Shown piece after piece: positions 26,913 through 38,170 of a DNA stretch of 64,000 bases. The notes under the pieces were generated by a model. The model was given only the letters and a program-made list of their open reading frames with translations. It searched no databases and had not been told where the DNA came from. The stretch spans positions 6,634,001-6,698,000 of the forward strand of contig CP075495.1 of the NCBI GenBank assembly GCA_021613535.1, given 5' to 3'. Origin of the DNA: Adineta vaga (Eukaryota > Animalia > Rotifera). Each line of letters starts with the position of its first letter. The first letter of the stretch is position 1. The position numbers and the translations under genes are program-made.

Positions 26913-29900
26913 ATGAAATCGAAAAAACGAGCTGAAATTCGTGATCTACATTCGAACGATGAATGGGATGTTATGCTCAATAAAGATGGTTTAAAATAAG
27001 TTCTTATAAATGAATATTTCATTCTTTCTATTAATGATCGTTTTCTTTCTTTTCTTTTTACAGTTATTGATATTTATCAAGAATGGGCAGGTGCTACTGT
27101 TGTCTTAGAGGATATATTTCTTAAATTGAAACGAACATTAATACATACGGAATATTTAACATTTTATTCTGCTAATTGTGAAAATGTTGATCTGTTGAAA
27201 CGTTATCGTGGTTATTGTGAACCATTGCTATTTTTCTATGGAGTATTTACTATGAAAATTTAATCTGATCAATTGATTTAAAAATATAATATTTTTTAGA
27301 ATAATGTTTTAGTACATATAGAACATCAAGTGAATGTTCCAAATATTGAGAAAGCTATTGAAGAACAATTAAATAAGGAATTGCAAGCAATGAAAGGAAA
27401 TCAAAAGCGTGAAGCAGTAAAATTGTTTTTAGAAATAAATTAAATAAAGATTGTCGATAATGAGATAGTTAAATGAATTATTATTAACGAAATATGCTGA
27501 ATATAATGGTACTCAACAAACAACACGTTCAAGTATTAAAGGATCAGTATCAAATGACCCAATGTGTAAATGATTGAATGATATGTATTTAAGAGACTCT
27601 ATTTAGTTTTACTATTTTATATAGTATACAAAGACGAATCATCAAGTTTACGAAGTTTATTATTGAAAACAGCAGAGAAAATCGATCAAGATTATTGGCT
27701 TAGTTCAGGTATCTTTGCTCTTATCATTGTCATCGATTTAACATGTCGATTCATTTTAGAACCGTATAGAATAGGTGTAGCACTTTTTGTTATAAAACCT
27801 GATCTACTTGCTAGTGGAAAAAAAGATGAAATTCTTGATCAGGTAGATAAAATCAAAGTGACAAATGTATTTCTCGAACGTTTTGAAACTTTTCTTTAGT
27901 TACGTCAAAGAGGATTTGTTATTCATACCCAGGCTGATAAATTACTAGATAACGAAGATATGATGAAAATCTTCCAACCAGTATTATTTGACTTTGACTA
28001 AATATTATTTTCCATGAACTATTTCTTTTTCAAAGGATCAAGACATTATCAAAGAATTCAATCGATTTATGTCGAGTGGTCCAAGTGCTTATGTAGTCGT
28101 ATCGAAAGGTTTCACAGGACGATCAACATCTGATGATCTTCGATCTATCATTGGTTATCATGATCCGGATATTGCAAAAACAAATCATTCTGAATCATTA
28201 ACTGCTATCTATGGAACAGATTCCATTATGAATGGATTTTATTCAAGTGCCAACAATCAAGAAGCACTAAAGTTGTCATTTCTATCATACATAACAAAGA
28301 TTTGATTGACAAGAATATTGATTAATAGGGATATTCAAATTGTTTTTCCAGATTATCAATATCCTTTAATTGACGGCAAATCTACTGATGAATACGTTCA
28401 TAAAACAGCGACATTATGTCTTCTTGGACCTATACAAGTACAGACAAAGAAAGGTATGCTCGAAAAATCTTTGTTTAAAATATAACTTTTGATTGATTTC
28501 AAAATAAAGATGCTATCATACAAGCAATAGTTAAACGTGGATTTGAAATACGTTATAAAAGAATGTATCTATTTCGACCGGATGAAGTTGAATCATTGTA
28601 TATTAAACATCGTAATGAAGAGTTTTTCAAAACATTAATTGATGCTTATACTGCGTGAGAAATAATTGAACACGAAACGATTTATCTATGTGTTCTTTAT
28701 ATTGTTAGTGGACCATGTTTATTACTTTATGTCGCCAAAGAGAATTGTGTATCAGATTTTAATGAATTTCTAGGACCATTTTCTCGTGAAGAATTTAGTC
28801 AAATACCTGGAACGTATGTTATTAGTCTGTTTATTATAATTGCATATAGATGTTCATCTTTTCTAGACTTCGACACGATTTCGATGAACCTTCAACACCC
28901 GTGGTAATGAAAAGTTTCGCATCATCTCAATAAAAACTTTCGAATTCAGACGACAATTCATGGTTCGGAAAGTATTATCGATGCACGAAAAGAACTTGAA
29001 CAATTCTTTTCATATCAACAAACACTAACTATTATCAAACCAGGTTTAACAATGAATCAAAAAGGTATTCATTATAAAACAAAAAAAGAATATTTCTTTC
29101 GCATATCGATCTATGTATCCTAGATGATATTGTTAGACGATTGAAATCCAATGGTTTTACAATTACGGCAAAAGAAACAAGACATTTAACAAAAGATATT
29201 CTGACACAATTCTATGCTCGACATCAAGGTTTACCATGGTTTAATGATTTTATTCAATTTATGAGCAGGTGGAGAAAAAAAATTGCTTTCATTTATATTG
29301 TATCGATATTTGATATGCTAGTGATACATGTGAGATATTAATACTCGCACGAGAAAATGCTGGTAAATGAACTTCTGTAAACAAAAATATGATTTATGAA
29401 GTTACTTGGAAAGACAGAAAGAAATTTGAAATTCTCATCATTTTTTAGTACAAGCTTTACGTGAAATAATGGGTCCGGTCGATCCTGTACGTGCCAAAAC
29501 TGATGCACCAGATTCGTATGTCTTTGATAAATGATAAACGTGAACTTTTACTCTTTTTTGTCTATTATTAATTGAAGAATTCGAGCAATCTATGGTTTAG
29601 ATATTATGCGAAATGGCTTACACGCATCATCAAATAAGAAACATGCTCGAGAAGAAATTCGTCTACTTTTTCCCGATTATATTTTTCTTAAAACTAAACC
29701 AATACCTTTTCATTCCAATGTTTCGTCTAGTTCAGTTCGATAATTTAGTTTTACGATTTTTTAATGATGATATACTTTTAGTTGACGCAACAGTTTTGAC
29801 TAATTTAACAATATCTGGTGAAAATGATTTGTATCATCTTGAATCACATGGTATGAAATTTTTCAAATGTCATAAAGAATGAATTTTGCTTATACATTTG

Positions 29901-32509
29901 AAGAAATTGTATATGAATTTTTTGTACATACTCGTTTAAATGAGAGTAAAAATGAAGATTCAGCTGTTTTTATTACATTAATTGGTAAAGATAATGAAAC
30001 AAAGAAATTTCTTCTACAGTTTTCGGATAATACAATTCATCCTTTACAATCGAATAAAATCGATATATTTCATTTTGTTGATCGTGATGTTGGTATTGTA
30101 AGTAATGAAATACAATGAAAATAAATCACAGAAAGTAGTAACTGGATTGTAGCCGAAAAATATTCGATTGTCACATGATGGACGAGGTTTTCCAAAGAAC
30201 TGGATTTTAGGAGATGTTGAAATAACAATGACGAATAGAAATAAAACCTACAGGTGACGTCATCTATTGTTATCATCGTTCTAAATCGAATAATATCAAT
30301 GTAGATTTGATATCAACGAATTGATCGATGAAGAAAATACAAAGTTGAATTATCCTCTGACAAATACCAAAGGTAAACTGACCGATATCGCAACACACCC
30401 TCAAGATTTTACTCTATTCATAGATTTTGAACCTATGAATAAAGGCAATTGTGTCATTATTATACAAACAGGCAGTGCTAAATATGCGAATACATTCGCT
30501 GATTGCAGGTAGAATCTTTATTTGCATATTTTCAAATAAACAAATTTTTTCATAGCATTCTTCTCTCGGGTTCTAAAGGTGTCTATGCCTTTTCTCTTCA
30601 TCAATCACTAACTAATCGTTTACCGTTTCAAAATCGTTATCGTGATATATTCCTTGTGGAAGTTGATGAACACTTAAAACAAATTGAATATATTGTTCTT
30701 GAACATAATAATGAAAATTCTTCACCTGCATGGTTTGTTGATTTTGTTATGATTAAATTATTGAATAACCAACAAGAATATTTGTATATATATATCATTG
30801 TAAACAAATGATCATTAGAATTGAATCAAATTTTTCTTTCTAGCTTTCCTGTCTATCGATGGCTTTCAATCGATTATCTTGATGGAAAAACGAAGATTAC
30901 ATTAGCAACAGATAATCAAAATATATCCTACAATGAAAGTTCGATAATCAATCATTCATAATAATTAAATATTGTTTTTGCTTTTCGTTCAATAGATCTT
31001 TTAGAAGATCGATCGAATCGTAAGTGTATACATCAATTTACAGGCTAATTCATTTTTTTGTAGTTATTCGATATGAAATTCATCTTGTAACTGGTTCGAT
31101 GTTTGATGCCGCAACCAATTGTCCAGTTTGGTTGACGATCAATGGTACAAGAGGATCGATTATTAATAAATATTTGGAAATAGCAGAAAATGAATCATAT
31201 CCATTTGAACCAGCAAATGATGATCTATTTATTTTATATGACGTCGATATTGGAGAAGTGTGTGAAAATAAAGCAACGAATGATCGTTGATGATTTGTTT
31301 GTAGATAGATAAAATGATCTTAGGTCATGAAAGTATTTCTGCGGAACAAGGATGGTTTGTTCAATCAATATCAATACATATACCATCGAAACAATTTCAT
31401 AGTGAAAAGTGAGCTAGAATAAATTGAAAATGAATATCTAGAATCTCTTTTTTGTCTAGATTTAAGATTAATAAATGGTTGAATTCAAAACGGATCGATG
31501 CTATACCATTAATTGAAGTTCAAGTACGAAAACCAATCAAATGTAAGATGATAAAAGAATCTAAATTTTGATTACATAGTTCAAATCAATAGCATATCTA
31601 TTCTATTCGAAAGATAATTGAAGAATGTCATTTTCTATCATTTTCTTATAGTACGTCGAAACATAAAAAATCAACGTACAGTTGTACCACAAGTAGTTTC
31701 TAACGCCACGCTTGTGTCAATTCATGAATATGGTACTGTCGCATTGATTTTCGTTCAACTCTTCATCAATAAATGTTACTCATATCTTGATTTAGAATCA
31801 TCATATACAATCTATATATTGACAGAAAATTTTCAGTCTGACATGAATAAACTAAATATTTTCATTGATTTAATTATGGATGAAACACTCTCAACTGGTT
31901 ATATGCGATTGAAATGTGATTTGCCAATTCGTGATAATATAGAAAACAATGTTTTATGTAAAGTTCAAGCATTTGGAAAAAGAATCGATAGAGTAAGAGA
32001 TGTTTTCATATTGTCCTATATTGATTCAATAAATTCTTATCGTTCAGATCAATGCAATACGTTTACTTATTCGTAAGTTAAGAGCAAATGTTAGTACAAT
32101 AGTTAATTTATTATGTATGTAGGTACACCTGATCAGAGAACATATTGGTTTCCTCGTTTTATTCTTATTACAGTCGATGAAACGGAAGAAATCTTTCAGT
32201 GAGTAATAGTTTGATAAATGCATATGTTTTCTATTTTACGATGAATATTTGCTAAGATTTCATAATTCCAAATGGCTTCATTATGCAAATAGTAATAGTT
32301 TCGGAGCAATTACTATTTATTTAAAAGTAGTTTCTCTCGAGTCTGTAAATCAAGATTCGAAAAAATTCATTCAATCATCATCCGATAACATTGAACAGAA
32401 GAAAAATCATCAAATTGAAAATCAATTAGGTTGGATAAAACAATCCTATACCAAAGAAACAGGAAATACTGTGATTGATAAACACTTGACGAAACAAAAC
32501 AAAGACTGA
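26913..32509 (+). CDS. NME8/TXNDC3-like protein (thioredoxin-like + 3 NDP-kinase domains) apparently fused to about 4 PLAT/LH2 domains
   Basis: Trx-like VIDIYQEWAGAT...RYRGYCEPLLFFYG; NDK motifs LFVIKPD, FMSSGP, TIHGS, TLTIIKPG, MGPVDP, RAIYGLDIMRNGLHAS; PLAT motifs VFITLIG, IRLSHDGRG, EHNNENSSPAWFVDFV, FPVYRWLS, YEIHLVTGSMFDAAT. Confidence 0.85.
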
Positions 32510-33286
32510 TATTTTGCTCTTTTCCTTTGTTTCAATTTAATGACAACTAAAATAAACTATATTTATTGGAAGAATGCATCTAGAAAACTGTTCTTCGAAT
32601 TCAGCTTCGTATTCAATCGATTAAATCATCGAAATCACTACTAGCTATAACCTTTTCGAATGAATTCATATTATTTTTATCATCTTCTCTTTGCATAAGT
32701 TAATAGAAAGTTTATGTCAATGAATAACATTCTCTTGCTCTCTCTTTTCACTTATTCTTTGTTCTTCTATCATCAACGTTCGATAAAAATTATATTCGCC
32801 ACTGCTCTCTTAACAATAACAACCATCTGTTCAAACAAAAAATATATAAAGTATTGATTTGAATTCAATCAAAATACTAACGCCATCTATTCACATGATT
32901 AAATTAGTTCGTTCAAATTTTTTATTTTTTATTAAAATACATTTCTTTTATATTCATGATTATTTTCTCTAATAAATCATATTATTTATCAAACCTCTAT
33001 TTAAACAAAGCTAAAAACGCTAATATAGAGAATAATACCTCGTTAATGGCCTCGGCCATTGTATTCTATTCTATTCTGTGTGTGCGCGCGTGTGTTGGCT
33101 GCCTTCATCTTCATCATATGTATGTTGTTTTTTTTTAAATTTCATATTTTAATTTTTTCTTTTAAATTTTTCTTTCTCGTAGTTCGTCGAATGTGAGCCT
33201 CCACTTACTGAAAAAAAACTTGTCTTACTAAAGCATTCATTGACAATAAATCCGTTTTTAAACGACCTAATTTCCAAATATCTAGA

Positions 33287-36200
33287 ATGTTTCTTCCACC
33301 CATTGGTCAACCACCAATCTCATCATCAATTCACGGCAATGAAAGTATCAATGGAACAAATATGATTAATACAAGTACTAGTTCATCAGGTTCATCAACA
33401 TCAAATGCAATGGGTCTTCCACCTCCACCTCATATGACATCGATGCCATCGACACCTCCTGGAAGTGGCATCATGACAATGCTTAATCCTCCACTTGATT
33501 TATCACCACCACCACGACCAGATTTCGGTCGTGAAGGTCGTTCAATAAAATTACGTGCAAATCATTTCTCCATTCGAATCCCTCCAATACTTATTCAACA
33601 TTATGATCTTAATATTCAACCAGATAAATGTCCAAAACGCGTCAATCGTGAAATTATTGATACAATGGTTAATAAATTTCAAAATATATTTAATACTCAA
33701 CATCCAGCATTTGATGGTAAAAGAAATCTCTACACAAAAGATCCATTACCATTTGGTCGAGATCGTATTGAACTTGAAGTCACTTTACCTGGTCCTGGAG
33801 AAGGACGTGATCGATGTTTTAAAGTACAAATTAAATGGGTCGCACAAGTTAGTTTAGTGAGCTTACAAGAAGCTTTACAAGGACATGGACCACCTGTACC
33901 AAATGAAGCTGTTTCAGCACTTGACGTTATTATGAGACATTTACCGAGTATGAAGTAAGTATTTGTTTGAGAATCAATTATTTCAACTATTGCTTCCTAT
34001 TTCATACTCTACAGAACTCATAGGTAATAAGTTTTCGAGCTTTTCCATTGACATTGAAAGACAAAATCTGTTTATATGCAACGAGAAATCTGCACATCAC
34101 ATTGATTTGAATTCTATTTAGATATACACCTGTTGGTCGTTCATTTTTTTCACCACCAGATGTTCAATACAATCCATTGGGTGGTGGTCGTGAAGTATGG
34201 TTTGGTTTTCATCAATCTGTTCGACCATCCTATTGGCGAATGTCATTAAATATCGATGGTATATAATTTTTTACTAAAAATGACTTTTTTTAGTCTAAAA
34301 TTCATCTTTGTTTCTTTAGTTAGTGCTACAGCTTTTTATAAATCACAGCCTGTAATTGATTTTATGTGCGAAGTACTCGATATTCGAGATATACAAGAAC
34401 AACGACGACCATTGAATGACGCACAACGAGTTAAATTCACAAAAGAAATCAAAGGTTTGACAATCAAATATTGAGAAAGAGTATCACACTTATATAGGAT
34501 ATGTAACGAATGATTTTCTCGCATAGTAGAACGTTAAAATAGATATAGTTATTATTTGAACAGATCGATAATAATAAGTGACTTTAAATACAAGGGAAGA
34601 AACGTTTCTATTGTTGAATGTTTACTTACGTTCGTATTAAATATTTTATCTTTTAATTAGGTCTTAAAATCGAAATAACACATTGTGGTAACATGAAACG
34701 TAAATATCGTGTTTGTAATGTCACTCGAAAACCTGCTCAATATCAAACGTAAGTTGAATAAATTCACTTTTGGATATGCGACTATTTTATTTTTATTCGT
34801 TTATCTGTTCAGTTTTCCTCTTCAACTTGAAAGTGGTCAAACAGTTGAATGTACTGTTGCAAAATATTTCTACGAAAAACATCATATGAAATTACAATAT
34901 CCTCATTTACCATGTTTACAAGTTGGTCAAGAACAGAAACATACTTATCTTCCACTTGAAGTAAGAATTTTCTCATGAAAATTATTCTTTTCTCTATAAA
35001 ATAAACTTTGTCTAGGTTTGTAACATTGTTCCCGGACAACGATGTATTAAAAAATTAACTGATATGCAAACATCGACAATGATTAAAGTATGTATTTGAT
35101 TCATTCATCAGTATTCCCTTTTTACAGATTTTTGTATCGCGAATTTATTAATATATATATATATATGTATAATATATTTTTGTAGTGGAGTGAGGTAGAG
35201 TGTTATTTATTCATATCGAATAAGCATGATTCTTTTCTTTGGAATGAACTTCTGAATACATAAATTTAATTCAATTCACATTGAGATCGTTCCTATCTAT
35301 ATGTTATTGTAGAGTCAACCCGATTCACCTCAGGTAAAACTAAAATCAATAAATAAACTCAACTTCTTACACATATATGCACTGTCTTTCTTCGCGTGCG
35401 CGAAATAGACGTCTGTTTTTATTTCTTTTTTGTCTAAGTAATGAAATTATTTGAGCACATGCGTAAATATAACCGCTGTTTTTCGTTTTGTTTGGGATGA
35501 ACTTTAAAAAGAAACGATCTTGTCCTAATTGGTCAAAATGTTTGAATGACAATAACAAAGATAGGAACGATTGATGTTAATGAAAATTTGATAATGAGAC
35601 TTGCGAAAAATTTAACAAACAATCAGCACGACTCTTTTCATCTTCTTTGTTATGTAAAATTTATTCATTTTCTTATCCATTAAACTTATAATAATGTTTT
35701 GGAACAACATATATTTATGTCTATTTTTAGGCAACTGCACGTTCAGCACCCGATCGAGAAAAAGAAATCAATAATTTGGTAAGTTTTATATTGATATAAT
35801 GACAAAGAATATCTTGTTGATGAATGGCATATTTTAGGTGCGCAAAGCGGAATTTAATAATGATGTTTATATAACTCATTTTGGAATTAATATTTTAACA
35901 AATATGACCGAAGTCATGGGTCGTGTATTAAATGCACCAAAAATTCAATATGGTGGTCGTGTAAGTCATAATCAATTGTATCTTTTATTGGATCATTTTC
36001 TATTTTCATCTTTTAGACTAAAGTCATTGTTACACCTAATCAAGGTGTTTGGGATATGCGTGGTAAACAATTTCATACGGGTATTGAAATTCGTACCTGG
36101 GCTATTGCATGTTTTGCACCTCAACGTAATTGTAATGAAGCTGCACTTCGAACATTTACTCAACAATTACAACGAATATCAAATGATGCTGGTATGCCTA

Positions 36201-38170
36201 TTGTTGGTCAACCGTGTTTTTGCAAATATGCAACTGGTATTGAACAAGTTGAACCGATGTTTAAATTTCTTAAAACATCATATAATGGTTTACAATTAAT
36301 TGTTGTGGTTTTACCTGGTAAAACACCTGTTTATGCTGAAGTCAAACGTGTTGGTGATACTTTAATTGGATTGGCTACACAATGTGTTCAAGCAAAAAAT
36401 GTTAATAAAACAACACCACAAACTTTATCAAATTTATGTTTGAAAATTAATGTTAAATTAGGTGGTGTCAATAATATTCTTGTGCCAAGTGCTCGACCTA
36501 TAAGTGTGTTTCGTGAACCGGTTATTTTTATTGGTGCTGATGTCACACATCCACCAGCCGGTGATCGATCAAAACCATCAATTGCTGCTGTAAGTTGTCT
36601 TTTTCGAAAAAAGAATTCTTGTTTCAGAATTAGTTTGATTTTTTTCATAAAAATTTAATAGGTTGTTGGATCAATGGATGCACATCCATCAAGATATGCA
36701 GCTACTGTTCGTATACAAATGCATCGTCATGAAGTTATTGCTGAATTATCAACTATGGTTCGAGAATTACTTATACAATTTTATAAATCAACACGTTTTA
36801 AACCAGCACGAATTATTCTCTATCGTGATGGTGTTAGTGAAGGTCAATTTGCTCATGTACTTGCACATGAATTAATGGCTGTACGTGAAGCATGTGTTCG
36901 ACTTGAAGCATCTTATCAACCGGGTATCACATTTATTGTCGTACAAAAACGTCATCATACACGTCTCTTTTGTGCTGATAAGAAAGAGCAGGTAATTTGA
37001 TAATATCAAAAACTTAGATGATCAAATCAATCAATATTGATAATTTTGAGCAGAGTTTAAAGTAGGGTTTAATATTTACAAGAACATCAAGATCTTATGG
37101 ATTTGATAGACACATTAAGACGTGGGCAATTCCTTTTCTTTAACTATACTAGTATCTTGGTATATGTATTCATATTCCATGAGAGATGAATTTTTGAATT
37201 TCACCAGTTTCTTTGCAAAACAACTCGTCAATTATCTAAGTAGAAAGAGAACATCTGTAAAATACCGGTAACTTGTAACACCACTAAATCTCTATAGAAT
37301 AAAGACATAAACAAGAAATTGTCATGAAAGTTGTTGTTTTGTTATTGTCAAACTGAATAGAAATTATGTAAACTGAGGTCACATGACATTAAATTTTCAT
37401 TTGTACGTGTCGAACATTGTCTGGTTTGAATTAACTTTTCAGGATAGATTGACATTATAAGCATATTAACTAGAAGTATTAATTAATTTCACCTGGAAAA
37501 TTATATGCGTCCTGACCTTTCATGATCAGTGGCTATGTTTAATATGTCGTTACCTTTTTACTTGATAATATTGTTTTTATAATGTCATCGTGTACAGTTG
37601 AAACTAATCGATGATTGTTTTTCATAGAACTCATGAATCAGTTCATTAATAGGTTATAAAATAAAATTTCTTTTAATTTAGTGTGGTAAAAGTGGTAATA
37701 TTCCACCTGGTACTACTGTTGATGTGGCTATAACACATCCAACAGAATATGATTTCTATTTATGTTCTCATGCTGGTATACAAGGTACATCTCGACCATC
37801 ACATTATCATGTTTTATGGGATGATAATCATTTTTCTGCTGATGAATTACAAGCATTAACATATCAATTATGTCATACATATGTACGATGTACACGTTCA
37901 GTATCTATACCAGCGCCAGCTTATTATGCTCATCTTGTTGCATTTCGTGCACGATATCATTTAATTGAAAGAGAACCTGAAAGGTAAATATTTTGATTGG
38001 AAATAATACTTATTACATATTCAATATTTGCTTTTTCTTTTCTCTTTAATTTTAGTAATGAAGGTTCACATCAATCATCCAATGGTGATTCTAATGGTCA
38101 ACAACAAATTCAATTGAGTCGTGCTGTTACTGTACATCCTGATTCGGCTCAAGTCATGTATTTTGCTTAA
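33287..38170 (+). CDS. AGO1: Argonaute, AGO (miRNA) clade, N-PAZ-MID-PIWI with intact DEDH tetrad; 12 constitutive coding exons plus a 5'-UTR intron near 33120-33183
   Basis: [97 protein letters not shown]-terminal VMYFA*. Confidence 0.98.
34015..34023 (+). other. Candidate 9-nt microexon in Argonaute (PSMK-THR-YTP)
   Basis: ttcctatttcatactctacag|AACTCATAG|gtaata; upstream intron would be 60 nt; frame preserved, no stop. Confidence 0.6.
35186..35194 (+). other. Candidate 9-nt microexon in Argonaute (WSE)
   Basis: atatttttgtag|TGGAGTGAG|gtagag, phase 0/0. Confidence 0.5.
35313..35333 (+). other. Candidate 21-nt microexon in Argonaute (SQPDSPQ)
   Basis: gttattgtag|AGTCAACCCGATTCACCTCAG|gtaaaa, phase 0/0, GC-rich island in an AT-rich intron. 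Confidence 0.6.

Noticed and set aside
26985-27063. AAA-TAA at the end of NME8-like exon 1 as a recoding site or broken donor
   Set aside because: A phase-1 GT donor at 26989 (G|gtttaa) removes the stop and restores the frame; an assembly error is also possible.
36388-36648. Antisense and alternate-frame ORFs over Argonaute and other genes
   Set aside because: Shadows of the real coding frames; no independent coding signal.
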